Assembly: GCA_963802585.1 (NCBI GenBank)
Contig: CAWDJS010000008.1
Location: forward strand, 8,940-72,939
From: an uncultured Alphaproteobacteria bacterium
GTDB lineage: Bacteria; Pseudomonadota; Alphaproteobacteria; Rhizobiales; Xanthobacteraceae
DNA length: 64,000 nucleotides
Direction of reading: 5' to 3'
This document shows positions 31,832 to 41,700 of the stretch, one piece after another. How positions within the stretch are numbered: position 1 is the stretch's first letter; every line of letters starts with the position of its first letter. The notes under the pieces are model-generated. The model saw only the letters and a program-made list of their open reading frames with translations. It made no database searches and had not been told where the DNA came from. The translations under genes were made by a program, and so were the position numbers.

Positions 31832-33544
31832 TTACTTCTCGGTAGCGCGGTTCTTGAGCGCGGTACCGAGGATGTCGCCGAGCGTCGCCCCCGAATCGGA
31901 AGAGCCGTACTGGGCGATGGCTTCCTTTTCTTCGGCGACTTCGAGCGCCTTGATGGAAACCTGCACCTTGCGGGCCTTCTTGTCGAACTGGATCACCCGC
32001 GCATCGACCTTCTCGCCGACGGCAAAGCGTTCGGCGCGCTGGTCGTTGCGGTCGCGGGCGAGCTCGCTTCGCTTGATGAAGGTGGTGAAGTCGGTACCGA
32101 CGATCTTCACCTCGATGCCGGCTTCCTTCACTTCCAGCACTTCGCAGGTGACGACCGCGCCCTTCTTGACGTCGCCGGGCTCTGCGAAGGGATCGCCTTC
32201 GAGCTGCTTGACCCCGAGGGAAATGCGCTCCTTCTCGACATCCACATCGAGGACGATGGCCTTGACCATGTCGCCCTTCTTGTAATTGTCGATGACCTGC
32301 TCGCCCGGAAGCTTCCAGTCGAGGTCGGAGAGATGGACCATGCCGTCGACGTCGCCCTCGAGGCCAAGGAACAGGCCGAACTCGGTCTTGTTCTTGACTT
32401 CGCCTTCGACGGTCGAACCGACCGGGAATTTCTCGACGAAGACTTCCCAGGGATTGCGCATGGTCTGCTTGAGACCAAGCGAGATGCGGCGCTTGACGGA
32501 ATCGACTTCCAGCACCTGCACTTCGACTTCCTGCGAGGTCGAAACGATCTTGCCGGGGTGCATGTTCTTCTTGGTCCACGACATCTCCGAGACGTGGATC
32601 AGGCCTTCGATGCCGGGCTCGAGCTCGACGAACGCGCCGTAGTCGGTGATGTTGGTGACGCGGCCATGGAAGCGGGCGTTCAGCGGATACTTCGCCTCGA
32701 TGCCCTGCCACGGATCGTCGAGCAGCTGCTTCATGCCGAGCGAGATGCGGTGCGTCTCATGGTTGATCTTGATGATCTTGACCTTCACGGTCTGGCCGAT
32801 CGTCAGCACCTCGGTCGGGTGGTTGACGCGACGCCAGGCAATGTCGGTGACATGCAGCAGGCCGTCGATGCCGCCGAGGTCGACGAACGCACCGTAATCG
32901 GTGATGTTCTTCACGACGCCGTCGATCACCTGGCCCTCTTCGAGGTTCTGCACCAGCTCCTGGCGCTGCTCGGCGCGGGTCTCTTCCAGAACCGTGCGGC
33001 GGGAGACGACGATGTTGCCGCGGCGGCGATCCATCTTGAGGATCTGAAACGGCTGCGAGTTGTTCATCAGGGGAGCCACGTCGCGGATCGGACGGATGTC
33101 CACCTGCGAGCGCGGCAGGAAGGCCACGGCGCCGTCGAGGTCGACGGTGAAGCCGCCCTTGACCTGGTTGAAGATGACACCCATGACCTTTTCGTTGCCC
33201 TGGAACGCCTTCTCGAGCTTGCCCCAGCTCTCCTCGCGGCGCGCCTTGTCGCGCGACAGCACGGCTTCGCCGAGCGCATTCTCGATACGGTCGAGGAACA
33301 CTTCGACGGTGTCGCCGACCTTCAATTCGCTTTCACGGCCGGGGCCCGAAAATTCGCGCAGCGCGACGCGGCCCTCGGTCTTCAGGCCGACGTCGATGAC
33401 GGCCATGTCCTTTTCAATCGCAACCACCGTGCCCTTGATGACGGAGCTTTCCTGAAGGTTGCCGCCAGCAAAGGACTCATCCAGCATCGCCGCGAAATCG
33501 TCGCGGCTGGGGTTGTAGGAATTTGCAGTAGCAGTCGAAGCCAT
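31832..33544 (-). CDS. rpsA: 30S ribosomal protein S1
   Basis: Repeated S1 domains (ITDYGAFV, IEGLIHVSE, RISLG). Start at MASTAT after a GGAGA RBS. Confidence 0.98.
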   Translation of the reverse strand: MASTATANSYNPSRDDFAAMLDESFAGGNLQESSVIKGTVVAIEKDMAVIDVGLKTEGRVALREFSGPGRESELKVGDTVEVFLDRIENALGEAVLSRDKARREESWGKLEKAFQGNEKVMGVIFNQVKGGFTVDLDGAVAFLPRSQVDIRPIRDVAPLMNNSQPFQILKMDRRRGNIVVSRRTVLEETRAEQRQELVQNLEEGQVIDGVVKNITDYGAFVDLGGIDGLLHVTDIAWRRVNHPTEVLTIGQTVKVKIIKINHETHRISLGMKQLLDDPWQGIEAKYPLNARFHGRVTNITDYGAFVELEPGIEGLIHVSEMSWTKKNMHPGKIVSTSQEVEVQVLEVDSVKRRISLGLKQTMRNPWEVFVEKFPVGSTVEGEVKNKTEFGLFLGLEGDVDGMVHLSDLDWKLPGEQVIDNYKKGDMVKAIVLDVDVEKERISLGVKQLEGDPFAEPGDVKKGAVVTCEVLEVKEAGIEVKIVGTDFTTFIKRSELARDRNDQRAERFAVGEKVDARVIQFDKKARKVQVSIKALEVAEEKEAIAQYGSSDSGATLGDILGTALKNRATEK

Positions 33545-33791
33545 TTGTTCTCCACTTGCGATGGTCTTGCCGGCCATTGGGGTTTGAGGGCGTATCGCTA
33601 CGTGAAGGGTCAGGGCTCGCAAAACCCGCGACGACCGCTCGTTGCATAACATGCAAGAGCGGGCCGGCAGATGCCTGCACGTTCAATACGTTGATTTTTG
33701 TCCGGCGACGGATGGTCTCGAAAATTCTGTTCGAGATATCGACCAGTCTTGAGGGCGGGAGCGGGCTCTACCTCCAGTGACGGCAGCGACG

Positions 33792-34430
33792 TTAACTCCG
33801 CTGCCGGCCCGCTCGAACGGCCTCGACAATGTCGATGGCGGCCCGGACGCCGCCTTCTATATCCAGATTGGAATTATCAAGCAAGTAAGCATCTTTTGCC
33901 GGCTTTAAAGGCGCCACGGCCCTGTTCTGGTCACGTTCGTCGCGCGCCAGGATATCGGCCAGCGCCGCCGCCTCGTCGGCCTCCTCGCCCCGGGAGCGGG
34001 CTTCCAGAGTCCGGCGATGGGCCCGGATTTTGGGATCGGCGACCACGAAAATCTTCACCTCGGCGTCCGGGCAGATCACGGTGCCGATATCGCGGCCGTC
34101 GAGGACGGCGCCGGGCGGTTTGGCGGCGAATTGGCGCTGAAACTCGACCAAAGCCTCCCGGACCTGCGGAATCGCCGAGACGACGGAAGCGGCAGTGCCC
34201 ACCTTCTGCGACTTCAGGGCGGGATTTTCGAAAGTTTCGGGGTCGAGTTCCCGGGCGGCCCGGACCGCGGCAGCCTCGTCCTTGAGCTCAGCGCCGGCGT
34301 TGATCAAGGCGTAGGCAACGGCCCGATAGATCACGCCGGTGTCGAGGTGGCGAAACCCGTAATGGATGGCGAGGCGTTTTGCGAGCGTACCCTTGCCGGA
34401 AGCGGCAGGTCCGTCGATGGCGATGATCAT
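33792..34430 (-). CDS. cmk: Cytidylate kinase
   Basis: [19 protein letters not shown] and VLDGRDIG motifs. Confidence 0.97.
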   Translation of the reverse strand: MIIAIDGPAASGKGTLAKRLAIHYGFRHLDTGVIYRAVAYALINAGAELKDEAAAVRAARELDPETFENPALKSQKVGTAASVVSAIPQVREALVEFQRQFAAKPPGAVLDGRDIGTVICPDAEVKIFVVADPKIRAHRRTLEARSRGEEADEAAALADILARDERDQNRAVAPLKPAKDAYLLDNSNLDIEGGVRAAIDIVEAVRAGRQRS

Positions 34431-34435
34431 TCGTT

Positions 34436-34843
34436 CTATTTCCCTGCCGGCACCGGACCGCGGGCCCGTCGCAGCGGACGTTCCCCGGTGAAGATATTGC
34501 GCGAGGCAAATTCGCCGGGACTGGCGAAGCTCAGGTATTCGCGCATGGCGGGTGACGGCGATGTCGTAGTGAACCATGGATCGGAGAGACGTCGCTCTGG
34601 CCCACCCACCCAGGCAGGGACGCGGCCCAGACGGCGATTCTTGGCGAGATATTCGGCCATCGCGCCGACTAGGGCATTGAGCCTCTTATCCTGCGACAAT
34701 GGCGGCTCCCGTTCGATCGTCACGTACTTGGCATCAATGGTTGGCGCGAGATCGAACGTATCGACGAATTCTGCCAGAGCAACATCTTGCGAGACGCCGG
34801 CCGCGATTCTCTCCACCGCTTCAGCGAGGGTATTTGGGCGCAT
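34436..34843 (-). CDS. Conserved-looking hypothetical protein, partner of the upstream nucleotidyltransferase (putative antitoxin)
   Basis: 135-aa ORF with EPP..D.R..AL..A.AEYLA...VP.W....R.L..PWF and SP.EF..RNIF patterns. Overlaps the NTase end and stops 6 bp before cmk. Confidence 0.75.
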   Translation of the reverse strand: MRPNTLAEAVERIAAGVSQDVALAEFVDTFDLAPTIDAKYVTIEREPPLSQDKRLNALVGAMAEYLAKNRRLGRVPAWVGGPERRLSDPWFTTTSPSPAMREYLSFASPGEFASRNIFTGERPLRRARGPVPAGK

Positions 34844-35426
34844 CTACTCCTCCCTCACGATTCATGTTCTTCAATAGAAAGCGTTGTTTCTCGGGTGACG
34901 CTGCGCTCAACGGAAAGTACTTGCTCAACAAGGCTACGGCCTCGTCGGCGGTCGAGATGCCAATTACGCGCATCAAGTTAAGTATATCCAACCGCTCGTC
35001 TTCGCCGCGAAGCGGGTCCATGATCCGAAAGGCCTTCAGCTTGAGCGCCAACAAATATTCCGCGGTAGGCACCGAAACAACGAGCCGGGGCGACGTGCCG
35101 TCGCGCGGAAAAGTTCCGAACTCCAGATGATCGTCGGCACTGTCCGCAAGCGAGCTGAGGTGAAATACGACCGCATCGTTGAACCAATCCTCCTGCCAGC
35201 CTCTTTCCCTGGCGATTTCCTGCACCGTCCTCGTCAGCCACTCCGGTAGCGGCCGCGGCAGTTCAGACACATCGACATCTTCCGTCGCGAAGCGAAAATT
35301 GCTGGCCAGCATCCGCGCCGAGCCGCCGTAGACCGCGATTTGCAGCTTCATTCCCGCCTCTACCGCCGCGCGGGCGATCCGGTCGAAGGCATCCAGCAGG
35401 GCATCGCGGCCGAGGGCAACGGTCAT
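34821..35426 (-). CDS. AbiEii/DUF6036/MenT-like nucleotidyltransferase (putative toxin)
   Basis: YGGSA, FATEDVD, WFND, EYLLALKLKA and R..DERLDI patterns match the polymerase-beta-like NTase motifs. GAGG RBS immediately after the aroA stop. Confidence 0.78.
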   Translation of the reverse strand: MTVALGRDALLDAFDRIARAAVEAGMKLQIAVYGGSARMLASNFRFATEDVDVSELPRPLPEWLTRTVQEIARERGWQEDWFNDAVVFHLSSLADSADDHLEFGTFPRDGTSPRLVVSVPTAEYLLALKLKAFRIMDPLRGEDERLDILNLMRVIGISTADEAVALLSKYFPLSAASPEKQRFLLKNMNREGGVDAPKYPR

Positions 35427-35436
35427 CGGACCTCGT

Positions 35437-36774
35437 TCACGAAAACTCCGCGCCAAGCGCGCGCATCATCGGGATGAAGTCCGGGAAACTGGTGGCGATG
35501 AAGGCGGTGTCGTCGACCTTCACGGGCTTGTCGGCCGCCAAACCCATCACCAGCGCGGACATGGCGATGCGGTGGTCCATGTGGGTTTTCACCAGGCCGC
35601 CACCCGGCACATGGCCCCTGCCCTCGACAATGAGATCGTCGCCGGAAACCTCGACCTTGACGCCGTTCACGCGCAGCATGTCGGCGGTGGCTTCCAGCCG
35701 GTCGGATTCCTTGACCCGCAACTCTTTAAGGCCGCGCATCACGGTGGTGCCTTCGGCAAAGGAGGCCGCAACCGCGAGCACCAGATATTCATCGATCATC
35801 GACGGCGCGCGCTCGGGCGGCACCTCGACGCCGCGCAGCTTCGAGGCGCGCACGCGCAATTGCGCCATCGGCTCGCCGGCATCGCCGCGCGCGGCACTTT
35901 CCTCGATCGAGGCGCCCATTTCCCGCAGGGTCGTGAACAGGCCGGTGCGCAGCGGATTGGTCATGACATCCGATAATACGAGGTCGGAACCTTCGACGAT
36001 CAGCGCCGCGACGATGGGAAACGCCGCGGAGGACGGATCGGCCGGCACCACGACCTCGGCACCGTGCAGCTCCGGTTGTCCGGTCAGCGCGATCCTGCGG
36101 CCGTGCAGGCCCTCTTTCGACGAGACGATGTTCGCGCCAAAATGCTTGAGCATCAGTTCGGTATGATCGCGGCTCGCTTCCTGCTCGATCACGGTGGTGA
36201 CGCCCGGCGCGGCGAGGCCCGCGAGCAGCACCGCCGACTTGATCTGGGCGGAAGCCACCGGCGTCCTGTAGGTGATCGGAACGGGATCATGGGCGCCGTG
36301 CAGGGTCAGCGGCAGGCGGCCGCCCTCACGTGTTTCGCCCGCCGTGGCCCCCATCAGTTCCAGGGGATCGAGGATCCGCCGCATCGGCCGGCTGCGCAGC
36401 GAGGCGTCGCCGTCGAACACCGCCGTGATCGGGCAGCCCGCCACCGCCCCCATCACCAGGCGGCAGCCGGTGCCGGAATTGCCGAAATCGAGCGGATTTT
36501 GCGGCCGGGCGAAGCCGGCTACGCCGACGCCATTGACCTTCCACGCGAAATTCCCGGTCCGTTCGACCCTGGCGCCGAGCGCTCGCATCGATTTGGCGGT
36601 GTTGAGGACGTCTTCGCCCTCCAAAAGGCCGGAAATCCGGCTTTCGCCGACCGCGAGCGCGCCCAGGATCAGGGCCCGGTGCGAAATCGACTTGTCGCCG
36701 GGAACGCGGACTTTGCCGCTCAGAGGGCCGCTGGAACGGGCTTCCAGCGGGGTCGGATGGTCGGAATCGGTCAA
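35437..36774 (-). CDS. aroA: 3-phosphoshikimate 1-carboxyvinyltransferase (EPSP synthase)
   Basis: [33 protein letters not shown] and DHRIAM motifs. TTG start after a GGAAAGGA RBS. Confidence 0.97.
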   Translation of the reverse strand: MTDSDHPTPLEARSSGPLSGKVRVPGDKSISHRALILGALAVGESRISGLLEGEDVLNTAKSMRALGARVERTGNFAWKVNGVGVAGFARPQNPLDFGNSGTGCRLVMGAVAGCPITAVFDGDASLRSRPMRRILDPLELMGATAGETREGGRLPLTLHGAHDPVPITYRTPVASAQIKSAVLLAGLAAPGVTTVIEQEASRDHTELMLKHFGANIVSSKEGLHGRRIALTGQPELHGAEVVVPADPSSAAFPIVAALIVEGSDLVLSDVMTNPLRTGLFTTLREMGASIEESAARGDAGEPMAQLRVRASKLRGVEVPPERAPSMIDEYLVLAVAASFAEGTTVMRGLKELRVKESDRLEATADMLRVNGVKVEVSGDDLIVEGRGHVPGGGLVKTHMDHRIAMSALVMGLAADKPVKVDDTAFIATSFPDFIPMMRALGAEFS

Positions 36775-36916
36775 GATGGGGTCCTTTCCGCCGGGCCAGT
36801 AGCACGCCGACCCGGTAGCGTCACGGCCCGGTATTTCATGCACAAAGCGCTATTGACAGCGGCCTCTCAACTAGCCAAGTGAAGCACCGCTTTTCAGACA
36901 TTCCCAGGATTCCGCC

Positions 36917-37336
36917 GTGGCCAAATCCGATCTCGGAACCAAACGCATTTGCCCGACCACGGGCAAGAAATTTTACGACCTCAACAAGAGCCCGGTGATC
37001 TCGCCCTATACCGGCGAGGTCGTGCCGATTGCACCGGTCGCGCCGCCGCGCGCCTTGCGTGGCGAAGCCGCGCGCGCCCATGCCGCTGCCGCCACCGCCG
37101 AGGCTACGCCGGAGCCGGCGGAGGCCGAAGAGTTGGTGCCGCTCGAGGAAGCCGACGCCGAGGAGAACACCGGGAAGGTCAAGGCTGTTGTCCCTGAGTT
37201 CGAGGACGATATCGAGATCGACGAAACCATCGAAGACGATGATGACGACGATTCGACCTTCATCGCCGACGAGGAAGAGGGCGATGAGGATGTCACCGAC
37301 ATCATCGGCGACGTCGGCGGCGACGAAGAGACTTGA
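36917..37336 (+). CDS. TIGR02300 (FYDLN_acid) family protein
   Basis: MAKSDLGTKRICPTTGKKFYDLN followed by an acidic tail. Confidence 0.93.
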   Translation: MAKSDLGTKRICPTTGKKFYDLNKSPVISPYTGEVVPIAPVAPPRALRGEAARAHAAAATAEATPEPAEAEELVPLEEADAEENTGKVKAVVPEFEDDIEIDETIEDDDDDDSTFIADEEEGDEDVTDIIGDVGGDEET

Positions 37337-37435
37337 GATCAGCCCTGATCTGTGATCAGGGTTCGGCCCGCGAGTCGACCTAGAGCTCGCGGCACGGCAT
37401 GAACCTCGAAAAGGATCATGCTAAAAGACGGTTAC

Positions 37436-37511
<76 letters not shown>

Positions 37512-37612
37512 GCCTTCGCTCGCTTCGCGAGCTTCGGCTCGGCAAGCCAGCCCAAACTCTCTCGTAGCGAAGTGAGCGATGGCTGCCGCGCCGTAGCCTG
37601 CAGGGCGAAGGC
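37512..37612. repeat. Structured palindromic element abutting the tRNA CCA end
   Basis: Terminal inverted repeats GCCTTCGC/GCGAAGGC enclose an internal CTCGC-TTC-GCGAG hairpin. Confidence 0.55.
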
Positions 37613-37640
37613 GGGCCTCGGCGAGCCGCATTTGGCCCCA

Positions 37641-38102
37641 CTACTCCCCCACCACCTCATTCAGCCGATCCCGCAGCGCCACGATCTCGTTCTTCATCGC
37701 CGTCAGCTCCCCGACCGAGCACGCGGACGCGGACAGGATCGACATCGGCACGGCTCGTGCCTTTTCCTTCAACGCCTGCCCCTGCACCGTGAGCGCGATC
37801 AATACCTGGCGCTCGTCCTCGGTACTGCGCGTGCGCTTGATCAACTGCGCCGTCTCCAGACGCTTGAGCAACGGCGTCAGCGTGCCGGAATCCAGGAATA
37901 GCCGTTCACCGATATCCTTCAGCGGCACGCCGTCGCGCTCCCACAGCACCAGCATCACCAGGTATTGCGGATAGGTCAGGCCGAGCCGGTCCAGCAGCGG
38001 CTTGTAGACGCGGTTAAAGGCGTGCGCGGCCGAATAGACCGCAAAGCAGATCTGGTTGTCGAGCTTGAGCGGTTGGTCCGCTGCCGTCTGTTTTCGGGCC
38101 AT
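37641..38102 (-). CDS. ohrR: Organic hydroperoxide resistance repressor (MarR family)
   Basis: LDNQICFAVY (sensing Cys), LTYPQYLVM and LDSGTLTPLLKRLE motifs. Second Cys near the C-terminus. Divergent from ohr. Confidence 0.93.
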   Translation of the reverse strand: MARKQTAADQPLKLDNQICFAVYSAAHAFNRVYKPLLDRLGLTYPQYLVMLVLWERDGVPLKDIGERLFLDSGTLTPLLKRLETAQLIKRTRSTEDERQVLIALTVQGQALKEKARAVPMSILSASACSVGELTAMKNEIVALRDRLNEVVGE

Positions 38103-38157
38103 TTGGCATCCCCGTCACGAATCCCAGCCATTGTGGGCCTGGGAGGCACCGCATTCA

Positions 38158-38220
38158 ATTGCGAACAATTAAATGTGAGGCGATGCTTTTTATATTGTGC
38201 GCAATATAATTGTACGCAAT
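38158..38220. promoter_or_regulatory. Three ATTG-N4-CAAT boxes between ohrR and ohr (putative OhrR operators)
   Basis: ATTGCGAACAAT (38158-38169), ATTGTGCGCAAT (38194-38205) and ATTGTACGCAAT (38209-38220). Confidence 0.65.
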
Positions 38221-38257
38221 ATGCGCCCGATAGAAATTCAAACCTAAGGAGATCCCG

Positions 38258-38683
38258 ATGTCCGTGAATGTGCTCTACAAGACCCAGGCCAAGGCCACCG
38301 GCGGCCGCGACGGCCACGCCGCAACGCTGGACGGCGCGCTCGATGTCAAACTCACCACGCCGAAGGAGCTCGGCGGCGGTGGCGGCGCCGGCAACAATCC
38401 CGAGCAGCTTTTCGCGGCCGGCTACGCCGCCTGCTTTATCGGGGCCATGAAGTTCGTGTCCTCCCAGGGCGGCCCGAAAGTGCCTGCCGACGCCTCGGTT
38501 ACCTCCACGGTCGGCATCGGCCCGCGCTCGGAAGGCGGTTTCGGCCTCGACATCGCGCTCGACGTCTCCCTGCCCGGCCTCTCGCGCCCAGACGCCGAAG
38601 CTCTGGTAGCCAAGGCGCACCAGGTGTGCCCCTACTCCAATGCCACGCGCGGCAATGTCGATGTGAAGCTGAACGTCGTCTAA
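38258..38683 (+). CDS. ohr: Organic hydroperoxide resistance protein
   Basis: [14 protein letters not shown] and [13 protein letters not shown] motifs. Confidence 0.97.
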   Translation: MSVNVLYKTQAKATGGRDGHAATLDGALDVKLTTPKELGGGGGAGNNPEQLFAAGYAACFIGAMKFVSSQGGPKVPADASVTSTVGIGPRSEGGFGLDIALDVSLPGLSRPDAEALVAKAHQVCPYSNATRGNVDVKLNVV

Positions 38684-38695
38684 ATCCGCGATGCG

Positions 38696-38728
38696 GAATG
38701 GTCCGCCGTTCTGACCGGCGGGCCATTC
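38696..38728 (+). terminator. Hairpin after ohr
   Basis: GAATGGTCCGCCG...CGGCGGGCCATTC. Confidence 0.55.
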
Positions 38729-38762
38729 GCTTGCTGCCGCTTGATGCCGCCTGCGAAGACCG

Positions 38763-38858
38763 CTAAAGCGCGATGACTAAAGTCTCATCGCGCTTTAGCT
38801 GCTCGTTTTTGGGCATGATCTTTTCGGAAAACCGCTTCGCACTTTTCCGGATCATGCC
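38763..38858. repeat. Complete two-module RIME/Bru-RS-like element (copy 3)
   Basis: CTAAAGCGCGATGA...TCATCGCGCTTTAG module followed by GGCATGATCTTTTCGGAAAACCG...CACTTTTCCGGATCATGCC. Confidence 0.85.
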
Positions 38859-38897
38859 TTAGCTCTGAAACCTCTTTTTCTTGAGCGAAGGTCTTCC

Positions 38898-40103
38898 ATG
38901 AATTCACAGGCGGTTGCAGGCGCAATGACAGGACTGCGCGTGATCGATCTCACGCGCGTGCTAGGCGGCCCCTATTGCACGCAGATCCTCGCCGACCACG
39001 GCGCCGACGTGATCAAGGTCGAGCCGCCGGCCGGCGACGAGACGCGCGACTGGGGCCCGCCCTTCCACGAGGAAGACGCGGCCTATTTCATCGGTATCAA
39101 CCGCAACAAGCGTTCGATCGGGCTCGACCTCGCCTCGGAAGGCGGGCGCGCAGTGCTGATGAAGCTGCTCGAGACGGCCGACGTGCTGATCGAGAACTTC
39201 AAGCCGGGCACGCTCGACAAATGGGGCATCGGCAACGACGTGCTGCGCGCGAAATTCCCGCGCCTCATTCATTGCCGGATTTCCGGCTTCGGCGCCGACG
39301 GTCCGCGCGGCGGCAATCCCGGCTATGACGCCATCATCCAGGCCATGACCGGCATGATCGCCGCGACCGGCTCGCGCGAGAGCGGGCCGATACGGATCGG
39401 CGTTCCCGTCGTCGACATCACCACCGGGCTTTATGCCGCGATTGGAATCCTGATGGCGCTGTCGGAGCGGCAGAAATCGGGACTCGGGCAATTCCTGGAA
39501 ACCACGCTGTACGAAGCGGGCCTCGCGGTGATGCATCCGCACGCCGCGAATTATTTCATGCATGGCAAGCCGCCGAGCCTGACCGGCAACGAGCATCCGA
39601 ACCTCGTGCCTTACGCGATTTTCCCGACCAAAACCGACGACATCTTCATCGGTGTCGGCAATGACGGCACCTTCAGGAAGCTCGCAAAGGAAATCGGCAA
39701 GGCCGAGCTCGGCACCGATCCGCGCTTTGCGCGCAACAGGGATCGTATCGCCAATCGCGAAGCGCTGCGCCAGGAGCTCGCGGCAGTCTTCGCGCAACAC
39801 GAAGCCGAGCCGCTGTGCAATCGCTTGCTCGCCGCAGGGCTGCCCGCGGGTCCGGTGCAGAAGATCGACCAGGCCCTCACCAATGAGCACACCATCCACC
39901 GCGGCGATGTGATCGCCAAGGACTGGTACAAGGGCGTCGCCTCGCCGATCCGGATGGAGCGCTCCAAACCGAGCCTGCGCCGCACGCCACCGAAATTCAG
40001 CCAGCACACCAAGGAAGTGCTCGCCGAGTTCGGCTATTCCGGCGGCGAAATCGACACACTGATAAAAAGCGGCGTGGTCTGCGGCGCTGAGCGTAAGCGC
40101 TGA
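38898..40103 (+). CDS. CaiB/BaiF class III CoA-transferase
   Basis: VIDLTRVLGGP, GADVIKVEPP, NRNKRSI and GYDAIIQA motifs. Confidence 0.94.
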   Translation: MNSQAVAGAMTGLRVIDLTRVLGGPYCTQILADHGADVIKVEPPAGDETRDWGPPFHEEDAAYFIGINRNKRSIGLDLASEGGRAVLMKLLETADVLIENFKPGTLDKWGIGNDVLRAKFPRLIHCRISGFGADGPRGGNPGYDAIIQAMTGMIAATGSRESGPIRIGVPVVDITTGLYAAIGILMALSERQKSGLGQFLETTLYEAGLAVMHPHAANYFMHGKPPSLTGNEHPNLVPYAIFPTKTDDIFIGVGNDGTFRKLAKEIGKAELGTDPRFARNRDRIANREALRQELAAVFAQHEAEPLCNRLLAAGLPAGPVQKIDQALTNEHTIHRGDVIAKDWYKGVASPIRMERSKPSLRRTPPKFSQHTKEVLAEFGYSGGEIDTLIKSGVVCGAERKR

Positions 40104-40110
40104 TTGCGGT

Positions 40111-40139
40111 TTCGTCCCGGCGGCGAAAGCCGGGACGAA
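40111..40139. terminator. REP-like/terminator hairpin after the CoA-transferase
   Basis: TTCGTCCCGGC-GGCGAAA-GCCGGGACGAA. Confidence 0.55.
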
Positions 40140-40212
40140 TTGTCAATACGCCCTCCTCCCGATTTGGGCTTCCTTGGGCCCTTCTTCCCCCTTACGATCC
40201 CGCCGTTTTCAA

Positions 40213-40230
40213 CGGTCATTTGTACGTCAT
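40213..40230 (+). promoter_or_regulatory. Pho-box-like direct repeat upstream of ugpB
   Basis: CGGTCAT-TTGT-ACGTCAT, GTCAT repeats with an 11-bp period. Confidence 0.45.
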
Positions 40231-40280
40231 CCGGCGCTGATAACGCGCAACCACAGGAATGACGGTCCAACGGGAGGGTT

Positions 40281-41600
40281 TTGATGACTTTTCGACACTT
40301 CGGCGCGGCTGCCGCCACCGCTATCACGCTTGCCTTCGCGGCAACGCCGGCGAGCGCGGCGACAGAGATCCAGTGGTGGCATGCGATGACCGGCCCGAAC
40401 AACGACGTCGTGGTCAAGCTCGCCAATGATTTCAACGCCTCGCAGAGCGAGTACAAGATCGTTCCCTCGTTCAAGGGCAGCTACGCCGATACGCTGAATG
40501 CCGGCATCGCCGCGTTCCGTGCCGGCAACGCGCCGGGCATCATGCAGGTGTTCGAAGTCGGCACCGCGACCATGATGGCCGCCAAGGGCGCGATCAAGCC
40601 GGTGTCCGAACTGATGAAGGAACAGGGCGAAGCCTTCGATCCCAAATCCTACCTGCCGGCGATCACCGGCTATTACTCGACCGCGAAGGGCGACATGCTG
40701 TCGTTCCCCTTCAACTCGTCGAGCATGGTGATGTGGGTCAATCTCGACGCGCTGAAGAAAGCCGGCATCGACGCGCCGCCGAAAACCTGGCCGGAAGTAT
40801 TCGCGGACGCCAAGAAGCTGCATGCGACGAGCCCGACCTGCGGCTTCTCGTCGAGCTGGGTGACCTGGGGCTTTGTCGAGCAGTTCTCGGCCTGGCACAA
40901 CGAAGCGATCGGCACCAAGGCCAACGGCCTCGACGGCTTTGACACCGTGCTGAAGTTCAACACGCCGCTCGAAATCAAGCTTTTGGACAATCTCGTCGAG
41001 CTGCAGAAGGACAAGAGCTACGACTATTCCGGTCGCACCAACACCGGCGAGGGGCGCTTCACCTCGGGCGAATGCGGCTTGTACATGACGTCGTCGGCGT
41101 TCTATCCGAGCGTGAAGGCCAACGCCAAGTTCGAATACACGGCGGTGCCGATGCCGTATTTCCCCGACGTCAAGGGCGCGCCGCAGAACTCGATCATCGG
41201 CGGCGCCTCGCTGTGGGTGATGGGCGGCAAGTCGGCCGACGAATACAAGGGCATCGCGAAATTCTTCACCTTCCTGTCGGACACCGACCGGCAGGTCTAT
41301 CTGCACCAGGTCTCCGGCTACCTGCCGATCACCAAGGCGGCCTATGAGAAGGTCAAGGCCTCGGGCTTTTATGAGAAGAACCCGATCCTCGAAGTGCCGC
41401 TGAAGGAACTGACCAACAAGGAGCCGACCGAGAATTCGCGTGGCCTGCGCTTCGGCGGCATGGTGCAGATGCGCGACGTCTGGTCGGAGGAGATCGAGGC
41501 AGCGCTGGCCGGCAAGAAGTCGGCCAAGGAAGCGCTCGACACGGCGGTGAGCCGCGGCAACGATATGCTGCGGCAGTTCGAGCGCACCGCGGTCAAGTAA
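40281..41600 (+). CDS. ugpB: sn-glycerol-3-phosphate ABC transporter substrate-binding protein
   Basis: Signal peptide, EIQWWHAM, QVFEVGTATM, PFNSS and APQNSIIGGASLW motifs. Confidence 0.94.
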   Translation: MMTFRHFGAAAATAITLAFAATPASAATEIQWWHAMTGPNNDVVVKLANDFNASQSEYKIVPSFKGSYADTLNAGIAAFRAGNAPGIMQVFEVGTATMMAAKGAIKPVSELMKEQGEAFDPKSYLPAITGYYSTAKGDMLSFPFNSSSMVMWVNLDALKKAGIDAPPKTWPEVFADAKKLHATSPTCGFSSSWVTWGFVEQFSAWHNEAIGTKANGLDGFDTVLKFNTPLEIKLLDNLVELQKDKSYDYSGRTNTGEGRFTSGECGLYMTSSAFYPSVKANAKFEYTAVPMPYFPDVKGAPQNSIIGGASLWVMGGKSADEYKGIAKFFTFLSDTDRQVYLHQVSGYLPITKAAYEKVKASGFYEKNPILEVPLKELTNKEPTENSRGLRFGGMVQMRDVWSEEIEAALAGKKSAKEALDTAVSRGNDMLRQFERTAVK

Positions 41601-41619
41601 CTCAAGCAAGAGCTGCAGG

Positions 41620-41652
41620 GATCGTGGCTGCGGCGGGACCGCAGCCACGATC
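41620..41652. other. 14-bp stem-loop after ugpB (mRNA-stabilising or partial terminator)
   Basis: GATCGTGGCTGCGG-CGGGA-CCGCAGCCACGATC. Confidence 0.6.
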
Positions 41653-41700
41653 TCGGAGAGCGCAGGCTCTTCGTGTTGAGTAAGTGAGGCGGGGGGCTTC

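Noticed and set aside
34436-35426. IS or prophage origin for the NTase cassette
   Set aside because: No transposase, integrase, terminal repeats or target duplication were visible, so the insertion mechanism cannot be assigned.
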